A stretch of 64,000 bases of DNA from Octopus vulgaris (GCA_951406725.2 OX597819.1:92132001-92196000); one strand, 5' to 3'. Counted from the first letter of the stretch, positions 14,774 to 29,598 are shown. A program made the numbers and translations. The notes: generated by a model not told the origin, from the letters alone.

Positions 14774-15315
14774 CGAGCAAAACGCCCCTCCCCCGTCCAA
14801 AGGACGATGCTGAATTGTCAAACATTTAAACCAAATTTTCTCAAAACAACTTGTCCGACCGTCCCATAGGCCTCCTCTTTGAGAAACACTGATTTAACCT
14901 AAATTTGAGACACCAGCAAAAGAAGAAATAATGATAGACCTTTTTCTATTCCAAAGAAAAGCGATTTTATTCACACAAATATTCAACCGAAGAGTTTAAA
15001 GTACCAGTAATAATAAGGCTGTTGACTGGGGGAACACAAACATGGTTTAAACAGTAAGCTTGGCAGGAAACGTGCCTTTAAGCAGTACAAAATCCAACAA
15101 AAAATGAAAGGTGCAGTTATGTACAGGTTGACGGAAGAAAAGCAAGACAAAAACAGCTTCATCGATCGCATTCTCACCTGGAATCGATTTTTGTAATTTT
15201 TTCAAGACTTATACACGCCCTGATACCGTCGGTATCTAAATATCAAATTTGAGCGCAATCGGATGGAGGATGCCCGGGATCCTAGAAGACACACACAGAC
15301 AGACAGAACGGATTT

Positions 15316-15322
<7 letters not shown>
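14774..15322 (-). mobile_element. Non-autonomous Helitron-like element
   Basis: Minus-strand 5' end TATATAAAATCCGTTCTGTCTGTCTG...CCGATTGCGCTCAAATTTG. The other end has hairpin CGTCC-AAA-GGACG (14794-14806) just inside a degenerate CTAG-like terminus. Confidence 0.5.
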
Positions 15323-15401
<79 letters not shown>

Positions 15402-15449
15402 GCTACAGAAAGTCTTTTACTTTTTCAGCCAAAGCATTTTAACTCAATC

Positions 15450-16040
15450 TTCTAATCCCTATTATTTATTTAGAGCGTAATCTATTTCGAGTTCCTCCTT
15501 CAAATAAGTGATTTATTTTATACATACTTCTCAAAATTCTTTCACATCACTTGCTGGTTTCTATTTTATTTTCCGTTGCTCTTGATAAGATCGTTTGGAG
15601 TTTAAATTGAACTGTTTCTTTTATATACCAGCGGATTGTTTGAGATTTGGCGAGGATTTAGTGTTTGATTTTGAATGCATTAGCTGCTATGTGATATTTT
15701 TGTAGTATTTAATTCTCCTCTTATTTTCTCAGCTGGATCACTTCATTACTAGTTTTATTAAGAATAGAGATATCTTCTAATTTTCTGTATATTTGCACTC
15801 CATATTGTTTGTTCCGGTTTTGCTATTTCTGTGTGAGCAAATCTGAGGAAGGATACACTATTCCTTGTAACTATCGTAGCTACTGGATGTATAATTCCAT
15901 TTAAAATTGCATCATCAATGTTCACTTTATGTCTATTCGCTTTAAATGTGTGATGCCCATGTTTACTATATTTTGTTCCGATAGCTATTTTATCTCGTAG
16001 CTTTAACCTTGAGATGTACTTTCGGCGTTCTATAGGAATA
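15450..16040 (-). pseudogene. Possible degenerate LINE endonuclease/linker fragment
   Basis: Minus-strand HTFKANRHKVNIDDAIL resembles the T.....ID.IL segment of APE domains; many stops. Confidence 0.25.
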
Positions 16041-16084
16041 TTTTTTTTATCTTCCCCCCTTTACTTGATTCATTCATTGAATAA

Positions 16085-16375
16085 CGGCTATGGTGGGGCA
16101 TCGACTTTAAGGATTAGTCAAACAAATCAACTCGTGTACTGATCCTTGTAATCACTTTTAATGAACCGCTAAGTCCCGTAGACGTAAACAAACCAAAAGC
16201 GACTGTTAAGTGGGTACATATACCACAGGTTTCTACACTGTTTTCGTCTACCAAGTTCACACAGGTTATTGGTTGGCCCGGGACAATACAATAGTACACT
16301 TGTTAAATTTTCTGGGATTCAACCTCAAACTACGTAGTTGCAAAATGAGCTTCTTAACCGCACAGCTATGCCTGT
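16085..16375 (-). mobile_element. Degenerate SINE family B copy
   Basis: GAACCGCTAAGT, GTTTTCGTCTACCAAG and CTTAACCGCACAGC match family B. Confidence 0.65.
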
Positions 16376-16488
16376 CCTTGTCTTCAATTACTTCTTAATT
16401 ATGTGTTCCGTGACATAAATAATTTCTCCCTTTAGAATTTTCTAATCTCAAGTCTTCCCAATATTTCGATTTATTCCTATTTTTGTAA

Positions 16489-16702
16489 GGCAGCGATCTG
16501 GCAGAAACGTTAGCACGCCGGGCGAAATGCTTAGCGGTATTTCGTCTGTCTTTAAGTTCTAAGTTCAAATTCCGCCGAGGTCGACTTTGCCTATCATCCT
16601 TTCGGGATCGATAGATTAAGTACCAGTTACGTACTGGAATCGATCTAATCGACTGGTCCCCTCCCCAAAAATTTCGGGCCATGTGCCTAGAGTAGAAAAG
16701 AA
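16489..16702 (+). mobile_element. tRNA-derived SINE family C
   Basis: GGCAGCGATCTGGCAGAA...GTTCAAATTCCGCCGAGGTCGACTTTGCCTATCATCCTTTCGGGATCGAT; flanked by an apparent TSD TTTATTC(C/T)TATTTTT. Confidence 0.85.
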
Positions 16703-16961
16703 TTTATTCTTATTTTTTTTAGTTTAATTTTGATTTGATTTTTGCCAATCAATAATCTGTAGATGTTTTTGATTTTAACTTGGTCGTGTCTTAGTATTTT
16801 CTCATTTTACTCTTAATACTTGTTTCAGTCATTTGAGTGCGGTCATGTTGGAGCACCGCCTTTAGTAGAACAAATCAATTCCAGGATATATTCTTTGTAA
16901 GACTAGTACTTGTTTTTAGTGTAATTGTATTTTATAGAGTGTAATTTATATAGTGTAATTT

Positions 16962-17043
<82 letters not shown>

Positions 17044-17487
17044 ATATATACATGCACAGTGAGAATGAATTTTTAGTAACCGTTAACTTAGTGTAATTTT
17101 ATTTTATTTTACTTTAAGGTATGGATGGCTTAAATTTACTTTAAACCTCCCCGTTCTTCTGAACACCCACGAAATATCTAACACGCTTTGTAATCATGAG
17201 TGCGCCTAACCTCGCGTGTGCATATGCTCACATTTTTGCTAATGCTTGTATGAACGTGTGTACTCGTGCCATGCAGCTTGCCCGAGGGCGTTTATACGTA
17301 CATATCTGTTAACGGTTATTTTCAATACTTTTCTCGCTGGATTAAGTGTTGCTATCTCTTTTTTTCTTCTGCTGTTTTATTTTTGGATCTTCTATATATA
17401 GGAAGAATTCTCCTCCGTCTGGCTGTTTTTCTCTCTACAAAATGGAAAGTTGCATTATGGAACAGTAATTTTAACGATTTTTTTTTA

Positions 17488-17598
17488 TTTATGACCCGAC
17501 GAGATACGTCTGCACCACCGGATACTCCTGAACCAGGTTTTGTGTGTCCCACAAGAGGAGTCGATGCTAGATGTGTCGAAACAATTGTTGTGATTAAT
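17488..17598 (+). ncRNA. Hammerhead-like fold with long stem II in a PLE-like 3' repeat
   Basis: CCGACGA-GATACGTCTGCA...TGCTAGATGTGTC-GAAAC-AATT-GTT; palindromic stem III ACAATTGT; the element runs into (AT)n at about 17640. Confidence 0.5.
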
Positions 17599-17637
17599 AA
17601 GATATTCTCGTATATTCCATCTTCTGTCTTCCATTTG

Positions 17638-17699
<62 letters not shown>

Positions 17700-17701
<2 letters not shown>

Positions 17702-17912
17702 GTGTGCGTGTGTTTTCCCCCTACTGCCACTTGACAACCGGTGTTGGCATGTTTACGTCCCCGTAACGTAGAGGTTCGGGAAAAGCGAACGATAGAATAA
17801 GTACCAGGCTTTACTAAAAAGTAAATATTGGGGCTAGTTGTTCGACCAAAATTCACAAAGGTAGTGCCCCAGCATTGCCGCAGTCTAATGTCTAAAAAGA
17901 TTAAAGATAAAA
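17700..17912 (+). mobile_element. SINE family B 3' half
   Basis: CTTGACAACCGGTGTTGGC...GATAGAATAAGTACC...CCAGCATTGCCGCAGTC. Confidence 0.75.
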
Positions 17913-18165
17913 GATTACCCGGTGGATTTGTAGACTCGTTAAACATGTTGTGGCTCAAACTCTGCCGTCGACGTCAACGTTGCCTTTCATCCTTCCGGTA
18001 TCAATAAAATTAAACTTCAGTCAATTACGGGGCTCAATGACTTACGCTGAAACATCTACCAGAAAATTTGCTGGCCTTTTGCCTAAATTGGAAATAATTA
18101 TTATCTTTGCTTTCCAGCGTTAAGTCATAGGTCAAGATTCCTTTAGTAGAAAATGTATTAAGTTA

Positions 18166-18444
18166 CAGTAATGTTTGTTGCTACTTCTGCTGGCTGTTCC
18201 ATGCAGAACTTTGTTACTACATTTTAACTCAAGGAAAATATCATTTCCAGATGGTTAACGACACACAACCTATGTCATATAACGAGTAAGGAAGCGAACC
18301 ATTCCCCTCGCGCCTTTGCTCGCAATATATATGACGCAAGAAGTGCGTCGTTAACCAGCTGGAAAACATGTTTTCTTGGGGTTAAAATGTAGCAACACAG
18401 TTCTGCATGGAACAGCCACGGAGATGTGGCAACAAGCATTATTG
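18166..18444. mobile_element. Foldback MITE-like palindrome
   Basis: Arms such as GGCTGTTCCATGCAGAACT / AGTTCTGCATGGAACAGCC and TGGTTAACGAC / GTCGTTAACCA pair across the whole length; starts TA|CAGT. Confidence 0.8.
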
Positions 18445-18923
18445 TTTAGTATCGTTACTACTTGAATCTCTTTCAGAGATTTTAAAACCAGCTACTTGAA
18501 TTAAGTTGCCTTTAAAAGAAAAATTAAGATAAACGAAATATATCTTTCTTATGGAAAGATTATATATGCTTAAGGTTAACAAAGACATCTGTTGAAATCC
18601 TACCAGGCTTAAATTTGCCTTTCATTCTTTCAAAGATTGGCAAATATGCATCAATCAGATGCTGATGCTGGTGCAGGATGCTGGGCATGATGCTGGTGCA
18701 TCCCTTTCTTTCTCATTAAGTACTGCATATTTGACGACTACACCCTCTTCAGAAATGCGTGACATTGTCAGAAGTTTTACGTTAGAAATAATTATTAATT
18801 TTATATTATGTTAGCGTGCTTCAGCTACATAAACGACCACAATCTCATATGTCTCGGATATGAGCAGTGTTTTGCTTTCGTCTTTTTATTGTACTGTTAG
18901 AGCTCTGAATAGTATGTATATAT

Positions 18924-18974
<51 letters not shown>

Positions 18975-19342
18975 TGTGTGTGTATTGCCTAGTTGTATTA
19001 TTTTTATATGTTGTATAAGTATAAAGTCTTGCAGTTTTGGTTATGCATTTCTGCGTTTCTTATTCCCAAACCAACCGTTATTCTTTAGCTCTTATTTCCA
19101 GGCATTTTTATTTCGATAATTTTCCCCGTTCTTTCAGAGATGAACAATCGTCAGTTGGGAGTGATATGCCGATCCTATGGTTTTGACTTAATGGTCTTTG
19201 AAAATTATATCTGGGATATTTATTCCCGTTAATTTACCTCCTGTCAGCGCCATTGGCCGTACTTTTTTCCCCTCTGTACTAAATTTCTCAATATATTATT
19301 TGCCTCATTCTAATTAATTGCTCTCTATTAACATAATTCCTA

Positions 19343-19380
<38 letters not shown>

Positions 19381-19600
19381 GTGAAAAATTACAATAGATA
19401 TGTGTAATAATGGGTTTGATAAAATGGGCCGAGATATTGCTTTATATGAGTCACTATCATCGTTGTAATCATCGTCGTCGTGATGACCGTATTAGTTATC
19501 ATAATGGTGATGATGATGGTAGCAGTGGGGGGTGATAGTGGTAGTAATAATTCTATTCTCGACTCGAAGAATCGCATTTCATATTATTTAGCCTATGTAA

Positions 19601-19813
19601 GGCGGCGCGCTGGCTGTATCGTTAGCGTTGGACAAAATTCTTAGCAGTGTTTCGCCGGTCGATACATTTTGAGTTCAAATTCCGTCGAGGTCGACTTTAC
19701 CCTTCATCCTTTCGAGGCCGATAAATTAAGTACCATTGGAACACTGGGGTCGATGTAATCGATTAGTCCTTTCTGCCACAAGTTTCAGGTCTTGTGGCTT
19801 TAGTAGAAAGGAT
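19601..19813 (+). mobile_element. SINE family C copy
   Basis: Homologous to 16489-16702. Confidence 0.85.
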
Positions 19814-19833
19814 TGTTTAGCCTGAGTATGTGA

Positions 19834-20040
19834 AGGCGCATGGTGTAGTGGTTAGGATGTGCGGCTTGTAATCATAAGATTGCATGTTCAGCCCGTGAGA
19901 GCCGGATTGCATATCGTGTCTTTGAGCAAGGAATTTCATTTTAAATAGCTTCAGTCTATTCAGTTGTAATGAATGTCAATCGGATACTTGCGTAGCCCTC
20001 TCACTTCCCATCACATCCACTGGGTCAAGTGTAAGGGAGG
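19834..20040 (+). mobile_element. Degenerate SINE family A copy
   Basis: GGCGCATGGTGTAGTGGTTAGG...GTGTCTTTGAGCAAGG...CTATTCAGTTG. Confidence 0.65.
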
Positions 20041-20170
20041 CGGGAGAGTGTCTGTAAACATACATATATATGTGTGTGTATATAATATATATATATAACA
20101 AATATATAATTGCCAACCAAGTGTCGCGTCCTGTACTGACTTGCATATCTCGGTCAGAGATTTAATATAG

Positions 20171-20234
<64 letters not shown>

Positions 20235-20242
20235 TATATATA

Positions 20243-20287
<45 letters not shown>

Positions 20288-20624
20288 ATATATGTATATA
20301 TATATATGGAAAGGAAGAAAGAAAGATAGAGAGAGAGAGGGAGGGAGGAGAAGGAGAGATCTCAAAATGCGCTGGAAAACGCTGTACGTTACCAAAATTT
20401 GGGAGAACAGTGGATAAGTTCCACACCCTACACCTTTGCTCAAGCTGTCCAACAAGCATCATAACTCCAGGTAGATTAATAAGCGAAGTCCACGCGTCGT
20501 AAAACAAAGGAACACAGGAAAGGAATGACTTTTATTGTGTAGCAGGCACCTTTGATCCTTGTAAGCTACGGTGGTCGGGTCTCTGAAACACGTGCACATT
20601 CTATAAGAGCATGGGGTGGGGGTG

Positions 20625-20838
20625 GGGGCGAGCTGGCAGAATCGTTAGCAGACTGGATGAAATGCTTAGAAATATTTTGCCCGTTCTGTTCTGAGTTCAA
20701 GTTCCGCTGAGGTCGGCTTTGCCTTTCATCCTTCCGGCGTCGATAAAAATATATACCAGTCGAGAACTGGGGTCGATGTAATCGTCTAGCCCACTTCCCA
20801 TAAAATTTCAGGCCTTGTACCTACAGTAGAAAGGATTA
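20625..20838 (+). mobile_element. SINE family C copy
   Basis: Homologous to 16489-16702. Confidence 0.85.
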
Positions 20839-20881
20839 TACAAGAGCATAAATACCAATTACTTTTTCTATGTTCTTTTCG

Positions 20882-20962
<81 letters not shown>

Positions 20963-21467
20963 TGCTTGTGTGTGCGTGCATGTGTCTATCTACCTCTGAC
21001 TCTTTGTCTTTATATTTATATAACATATGCACTCGCAAGTTCTGACGCATAACCATATACCCAGAACGAGGTTGGCTCCCATATGGAAACAATATGCGCT
21101 TCTTCCAAGCACCTGGTAACTCACCTACGCTGATATGAAGACTTGCTTACATTTCCCTATATTAACATTTTGCTCTAACTTTCATACAATGACCTCGGCG
21201 CACTCCTACACTTGTAACTAGGTGTATATCTTATCACGTGACTTTATATTTTATATGTATTTGTATCGTGATTAAGTTATTTATATCTACCCACACACAG
21301 ACACACACACACACACTCATCCGTTCATCCGTGCGCGCGCGCAAAAACACACGCACGCACACAAATATGCTGTTGAAAATGCTTGACTAGTTGTTTAAAT
21401 ATAAGGGAACTGAATAAATATATAAGTGTGTAAATAAACATTCACCTGTGTGAGTATACATACACAC

Positions 21468-21519
<52 letters not shown>

Positions 21520-21521
<2 letters not shown>

Positions 21522-21860
21522 CACTGCCTTCTATCAACGTGAGGTGGATAGAAAGCAGTATAGGAAAACCACCACGACGATCTTGAGTATCGAAGAACAC
21601 TACAGAGGTTAGTAGAGTAATGGAGAGTGATGGCGTGAATAAAATGAAAAGGAACAGCCATGCATACTTTGCCATGATAGATCGTTAGCCACTACACACA
21701 TTTTATTCTCTCCTTGTTTTTTCTGTGTCCTTTTCTGTAGAAGAGCGTGGGCTCGAAACGTAAAATCCTTTTTCTATTCCTGAGCGTTATACTAATACAT
21801 CCGTTTCTTTTGTACACTACCTGTCTTCGTATTTTGTTTTTTTCGTAAACTCTCCCTATA
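21520..21860 (+). mobile_element. PLE-like 3' fragment between (AT)n tracts with minimal HHR-like motif
   Basis: TTTT-CTGTAGA-AGAGC-GTGG-GCTC-GAAAC-GTA-AAA at 21731-21765; downstream TTCCTGAGCGT is shared with 38561-38775. Confidence 0.55.
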
Positions 21861-21866
21861 TATATG

Positions 21867-21919
<53 letters not shown>

Positions 21920-21952
21920 TTTTTCGCCCCAACTTTCTCTCAATCTTTCTCA

Positions 21953-22057
21953 GGTAACGCTGCGTTGGACTGGCGTTCCATCCAGCTGGGGTGAACACAT
22001 ACGCCACAGAAACCGGAAAATCGGGCCAATGAGCCTAGCTAGGCTTGAAGAGGGCGC

Positions 22058-22058
<1 letters not shown>
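21953..22058 (+). mobile_element. SINE 3' tail fragment (shared with 60812-61107 and 23025-23270)
   Basis: GTAACGCTGCGTTGGACTGGCGTTCCATCCAGCTGGGG...GAGCCTAGCTAGGCTTGAA. Confidence 0.75.
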
Positions 22059-22105
<47 letters not shown>

Positions 22106-22489
22106 ATGTATATACACAACATGTCAATAAACAATGGGGAAGTGAAAATATTCTTCCTTCACATTTTAAAGATAGATTACAGATGCTGTATGAATACTGA
22201 AAGCAGATTCTGACCCTGCAAATACAATCAATGAAGAAAGAAGCAAAACAATGAATGGAGTAAGAACACCTACACAATTATCACCCATTGCGACCGTTAT
22301 ACAAATGTAAAGATACAGTAAGATTAGAATCAAATGAAGTCAACAACGCATACAAACATATACGCCAACACACATGCACATGGACCTACCAAGTCTCATG
22401 TTGGCAACCATGTAAGCAAACAAATAAAATAGATAAAACATAACTCTTTCTAATTTTGAATCACGGCCAGTAATTTTAGGGGATGAGAT

Positions 22490-22686
22490 TTATCCGGCCA
22501 AAATATGTTTTTCTGTTCAAACCAGCTAGATGTGGTTTCTCACACCAGCTCTACGATATCATTCTTAAAAAAATACGGTTATTTCATCAAAATTTCAAAG
22601 CTACAAGACAATGCAGTATTAATTAAAAACATGTGAATAAACGAGCTTTACTTTTGACAAAATAATGTGAATACTAAAGGGTTATA
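22490..22686. mobile_element. Possible piggyBac-like MITE end
   Basis: Ends in AAAGGGTTA, the reverse of a TTAACCCTTT terminus; the partner end was not found. Confidence 0.35.
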
Positions 22687-22689
22687 TCA

Positions 22690-23000
22690 TTCCCAATGCT
22701 CGACTGATACTTATTTTATCCATCCCGAAAAGATGAAAGCAAAATCGACCTCATTGGAATTTGAACTCAGATAGTCGCCTTAGTAGATGATAACAATTCT
22801 GTCTGTTATCGGCACAATTCATAAAGCTTTGAGGACTAATAGATTTCCTCGATCTCAGGGCTCAACTGGTACTTATTTCATTGACCCCCACCAAGCATGA
22901 AAGGCAAAATTGTCCACGGCAGAATTTGAACGTATAAAAGGGACGAAATGCCACTATGCACTATGACTAGCGGGTTAACGGTTTTGCCAGATCGCCGCCT
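22690..23000 (-). mobile_element. Two partial SINE family C copies
   Basis: TACTTATTTTATCCATCCCGAAAAGATGAAAGC and GGTACTTATTTCATTGACCCCCACCAAGCATGAAAGGC are reverse complements of the family C core. Confidence 0.7.
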
Positions 23001-23024
23001 TAGAAGATAACATAAAAAAAAAGA

Positions 23025-23270
23025 ATGTTCCTTCTCGAGCCATGCCAGACTCATAAGGGCCGGTTTCCCGGTTTCAGTGGCGTAGAAATTCCCCACCTGG
23101 ACGGGACGCCGGTCCGTCGCAGGATTACTCATTTTTGCCAGCTGAGTGGACTGGAGCAACGTGAAATGAAGTGTTTTGCTCAAGAACACAACGCATCGCC
23201 CGGTCCAGGAACCGAAACCACAACCTTACGATCATGACTTCAACACCCTAACCACTAAGCCACGCGCCTC
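23025..23270 (-). mobile_element. SINE family A head with tail 3
   Basis: Same tRNA+CORE head as 850-1181; 14-bp TSD TAGAAGATAACATA on both sides. Confidence 0.85.
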
Positions 23271-23289
23271 CATAGAAGATAACATACTG

Positions 23290-23500
23290 GTTTCAAATTT
23301 TGGCACTAGGCCAGCAATTGTAGGTGAAAGGGGTAAGTCACTTACATCGGTCCCAGTGCTCCCACTGGTACTTATTTCATCGACCCCGAAAGCAGGAAAG
23401 TCAAAATCAACCACAGCGGAATCTGATCATAGAACGTAAAGGCTGACTAAATGCCCATATGCGTTGTGGTCGACGTTCTAAAGATTTGGTCAGATCACTG
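23290..23500 (-). mobile_element. Degenerate SINE family C copy
   Basis: CTGGTACTTATTTCATCGACCCCGAAAG...GCGGAATCTGA. Confidence 0.7.
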
Positions 23501-23761
23501 GCTTAGTAGATAATAACATAATGAAAATAAAGAACACGACAGCACTCTCCCATTTTTAACATTGAGATGAAACTTCACAATATTGTGTCTGGAAGTATGA
23601 TATTGATATTTGTAACTTAGTAAACATTTTTCAGGCTTATTGCTTATTGGAAAAATACATTCCTTGGTTTTCTTCAATATAATCTTTGCTGAAACGAGCA
23701 GACACAGACATATTCTTGGTCGTCCCACGCTTGTTCCCGTGGAACTTCCAGGATATGACAG

Positions 23762-23830
<69 letters not shown>

Positions 23831-23831
23831 C

Positions 23832-23873
<42 letters not shown>

Positions 23874-23913
23874 TGGGCTGTATCAACAGTCTGTTGGTTG
23901 TTCTTTAGATTGA

Positions 23914-24125
23914 AGTAGTGATTTTATTATAAACAAAAGATTTAATAGTGTTGCACTATTTATCGTTAGTAATATGCAATAAAAGATGTTTTTCTACACC
24001 TGTTCAGATACAGAACCTCCATTATCTAACAGAGTTCGCATGTAGATAGATAAAACAATATATACTCAAAAACGAATGAACATAAATGGCTGTCAGATCG
24101 CTTTTTCTGATTTTGTATTTTAAAT
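23914..24125 (+). repeat. Unclassified ~210-bp dispersed repeat, copy 1
   Basis: Aligns with 28572-28785 (TATTATAAACAAAAGATTTAAT...TTCTACACCTGTTCAGATAC...TTATCTAACAGAGTTCGCATGTAG). Confidence 0.85.
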
Positions 24126-24180
24126 GTAGTACCCCGCTCAAGGACACAATGGGTCACTCTTACAAGAATCGAAACCACCT

Positions 24181-24500
<320 letters not shown>

Positions 24501-24804
24501 TCTGTCAGTCAGTCAGTATGTCTAACTACCTGTCTGTCCCTCTATTTGTCTATCTCTCTGCCTTTCTTTCTGTCAGTATGTCTTTCTAACTACCTGTCTG
24601 TCCCTCCATCTATCTGTCCTTCTGTCTGTCTGTCTGTCTGTATAATCCCAGCACAGAAATATAGCAAAGCATCGCTACAATATCGTAGATCACTGTCAAG
24701 ATATGTTTTGTTTGTTACATTTATAAAACAGTATAGAATTATGCTTTGAATTTTAATTTGTAAATAACAACCTAAAAAAAATAGTTTAATAGTTCTGTTT
24801 TCTA

Positions 24805-25021
24805 TACTCTTTTACTCTCTTTTACCCTTTTACTTGTTTCAGTAATTTGACTGCGGCCATGCTGGAGCACCGCCTTTAGTCGATCATATCGACCCCAAGA
24901 CTTATTGTTTGGAAGCCTAGTACTTATTCTATCGATCTTTTAATACCGAACCGCTAAGTTCCGGAGACGAAAACACACTAGCATCGGTTGTCAAGCGATA
25001 TTGGGGCCACAAACACACACA

Positions 25022-25087
<66 letters not shown>

Positions 25088-25252
25088 TACATATATACGA
25101 CGGGCTTCTTTTAGTTTCCGTCTACCAAATCCACTCACAAGGCTTTGGTCGGCCCGAGGCTATAGTAGAAGACACCTGCCCAAGGTGCCACGCAGTGGAA
25201 ATGAACCCGGAACCATGTGGTTGGAAAGCAAGCTACTTACCACACAGCCACT
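24805..25252 (-). mobile_element. SINE family B copy with (CA)n internal tract
   Basis: Full head and tail; tail repeat TACTCTTT. Confidence 0.9.
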
Positions 25253-25887
25253 ATTAATTTTTTTACGCCTTTCTTCAAATTTTCGAGTTATGTTTCATAA
25301 TAGAATTGTTAACACATGTAAAGTAAAATATCACCAATCACAGACACATTGTCTATCCGTGAGCTTGGCTCCTTAACCACGGCCTTTCCCTTAGTGAGCT
25401 CATAAAGAAAAATGTAATCTTTCGTCTCGCAGAGATTCCTAATACTTTAACAATCATCAGTTGGAACTATTTCTGTCCCTTTACGAGCACAATAACCATT
25501 GGGGAATTGCATGAGGAGAACACTAACCATTTCCTATAGCACTAAAATCCGTTTAGGTTTTTGTATTTTGTGTATATTAGAAAACTCCAAATATTGCCAG
25601 TACTGTACACAATAAAATACCCAAGAAGATCTGCAAGAATATTTAGCTATCGGATTCCACTACCAAATTACGATTTTCGATTAGAAATTATTTATTTTAT
25701 TTATGTAGCTGTGTTGTCTTTGACACTAACGCGAAAGATTAAAATCTACAAGTTTAGCCAGAATTCTGTGAGAAACAACTCTTGAAGAGTGAATCGAATG
25801 TTGGTATGGGAATATGGCATGGTTAAGAAGTCTGTTACAGAAGCACGCAGGTGTAAGTTCGATTTCACAACACAGTAACTTGTGAGG

Positions 25888-26283
<396 letters not shown>

Positions 26284-26287
26284 TGTG

Positions 26288-26592
26288 AAGGCACGTGGCT
26301 TAGTGGTTTGGACATTCAGCTCACGATTGTAAGGTCATGAGTTCAATTCTCGGCGATGCGTTGTGTCCTTGAGCAAGACACTTTATTTCACGTTGCTCCA
26401 GTCCACTCAGCTGGCAAAAATGAGTTGTACCTGTATTTCAAAAGGCCGGCCTTGTCACACTCTGTGTCACGCTGAATCTCCCTGAGAACTATGTGTCTGT
26501 GGAGTGCTCAGCCACATGCACGTTAATTTCACGAGCAGGCTGTTCCGTTGATCGTATCAGCTGGGACCCTCATCGTCGTAACCGACGGAGTT
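26288..26592 (+). mobile_element. SINE family A head with tail 2
   Basis: tRNA+CORE head, then tail GGAGTGCTCAGCCAC...CACGTTAATTTCACGAGCAGG...ACCGACGGAG. Confidence 0.85.
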
Positions 26593-26598
26593 CTCCTT

Positions 26599-26695
<97 letters not shown>

Positions 26696-27044
26696 CATGA
26701 GTATGTATGAGTGTGTAAATATATACACGCTCACTGACTGTATTCATTCTGAAAATTAATCATTGATCAGTCATCAGTAGACTCGAAGATAAGGTCTTTT
26801 AGTTTAATTGTAAATTAATGGTAGGCGGTTGTATGGTCTACTAGTGGAGCAAGTCCTAGATATTGAACAAAGCTATTTGTCTTCCGTTCCTGATAATAGT
26901 TATCACTGCAAGTTAGTAAGAGCGACATTAATGTCATGACTTCTAAATCGGAAGATTTGATCGACTGCATTCAGGTTTGGTTTAGTATCTCTCTCTCTTT
27001 CTCCCTCCCTTACTCTCTTTCTCTCCCCATATATATATATACAT

Positions 27045-27076
<32 letters not shown>

Positions 27077-27152
27077 TTGTGTGTGTGCTGGCGTGCGTGT
27101 CTGTGTGTGTGTACATATACATAAACCGGTGCATATTTGGGTATATGCGTAT

Positions 27153-27197
<45 letters not shown>

Positions 27198-27397
27198 TAT
27201 CAACGACATGATATATATTATATGAACAAAGTCAATCTCTGGTTTATAACCGCAAGAAAGAACATGTTGGAGAAGCAGCTCAAGAGTCATGATATGCACT
27301 AAGTTGGATCATATCAGATTCTATGCTGCGGTAAATGAAAATTATATTAGAGCTAAGGTGGGAATACTTACATGTAATAAATTATTCATGTACGTAT

Positions 27398-27445
<48 letters not shown>

Positions 27446-27541
27446 ACGACATGATATATATTATACGAACACAGCGACATGTTTACCCATACTGTTTATG
27501 AATGACTATTTTGTATGTATGTATGTATATATGTATGTATG

Positions 27542-27575
<34 letters not shown>

Positions 27576-28571
27576 TGTATGTATGTATGTATGTATGTAT
27601 GTATGTATGTATATTTATTTATATTTATTTATATATATACATTTACACACATATATATATATATACACACACACACATATATATATGCATTTGTATTTAT
27701 ATGTATGTACATGTATGTACATGTATGTTTGTGTAGAAGTACTGTGTGAGTGTGTGCGCATGTGTGTGTGTGAGTGCGCGTGCGCGTGTAATTTGAGATA
27801 AATTTTGGACTCTTCATATGAGATGACAGAAACATACTAAAGAATCTAGTTCTTAGTTACATACACATAAATATGTACACACACACACACAGACGCACAC
27901 GCACACATGTATATATATGCATGTATAATTATATATGTTTATGTATGTATGTATATATATGTTCGTGTATATGCGTGAGTGTGTACGTGTGTGCGTGTGT
28001 GCATCAGTGTGTCTGTGTGTGCGTCTGTGTACGCGGGTGCGCGCATGTGTAAAACGTCAACTTAACAGCTGGAATTCAGTAATTCTTTTTCTATTATTGA
28101 AATTATTATTTGTCTTGTAGATTTTTTTTTCTACAGCCAGATCTGGTTACTCTACGTCTTTGATAATAAGATCATTCTTATCTCTTTGTACTTTCTAGCC
28201 ACAGGAAGCCAATGCATCTCGTCTGTTTACCTTGGTTGTGATATTCGCTTATGGTTTTTTTATATTTGGATATTTTTTGTTTATTGTATCTTTATACACA
28301 TACAGTTCCGGCATTAGAACCAAACACTAAGCAAATACCGATACACGCTCAGCCACATCTTCATACAAGCTCTTAAACGCATAAACATACATATATACAC
28401 ACGAGTATAAATTTAAACATCCGCACCTTCAAATCACTACTACACCAATGGACCCCACCACTATCCTACTATGCACCACTCCCACACAGAGTGTATATAT
28501 TCGCAAAACCAGTCGTCCGACACTCATACAGAAATAATAAAGAAAGAAAAAAAACAGGTAAATTTATCGCT

Positions 28572-28785
28572 GTAGTGATTGTATTATAAACAAAAGATTT
28601 AATTGTGTTGCACTATTTATTATCAGTAATATGTAATAAAAGATGTTTTCTACACCTGTTCAGATACGGAGCATCCCTTATCTAACAGAGTTCGCATGTA
28701 GGTAGTTAAAATAATATATACTCAAAAGCGAATGAAAATAAGAAGATGGCTGCCAGGTCGCTTTTATTTTTTTTAGTATTTTAAT
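28572..28785 (+). repeat. Unclassified ~210-bp dispersed repeat, copy 2
   Basis: Homologous to 23914-24125. Confidence 0.85.
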
Positions 28786-29167
28786 TGCTGTCATCGATAT
28801 CGTTCTTTCTCTGAGCATAACATACTATGCATATGCACTCATATATACATATAAAAATTTATATTCTTGTATGTAAAACATGGAAAACTACAGTTTAGAT
28901 AAACCTATTTCTTGTAAGTATAAAGGTATTGTCACAGTTGAATCAAGACAATCGTCTTGCTTTATTGACATCTGATATGTGTTCGTGTGTACATCCACAC
29001 ACACACTGACACAGACAGACACCCAGCCCACATACTCGCACACATATACACACACGCACACCAAAACGCACACATACACCCACACGTACCACACATACAT
29101 GCATATATATCTATATACAAATATATACAGATGTATTTGCATAATTATACATGTATACATGCATTAC

Positions 29168-29214
<47 letters not shown>

Positions 29215-29539
29215 CATGTGTATCTATCTTTGCATGCATAAGACAAGAAAATCAACACTGAATATGACGCCGTTTAAACGTTGCCGTACTTCATATAACA
29301 TCAACAATTACTTCCGGTTGTTTTCCATCTTGCGTCTTCACTGCTCCCCCAGCTATGTACGTGTATGTATCAGATTGTAAACAAACATAGAAAATAGACT
29401 AGCAATACACGCACGCACACAAACGCATACACAAACACACAGATATTATCCCTCTCTCTCCAGCCTTCCCCCTTTTTTCTCTCTCTCTCTACACACACAC
29501 TATCTATATATATATATATATAATACACATTTATCACAA

Positions 29540-29598
<59 letters not shown>

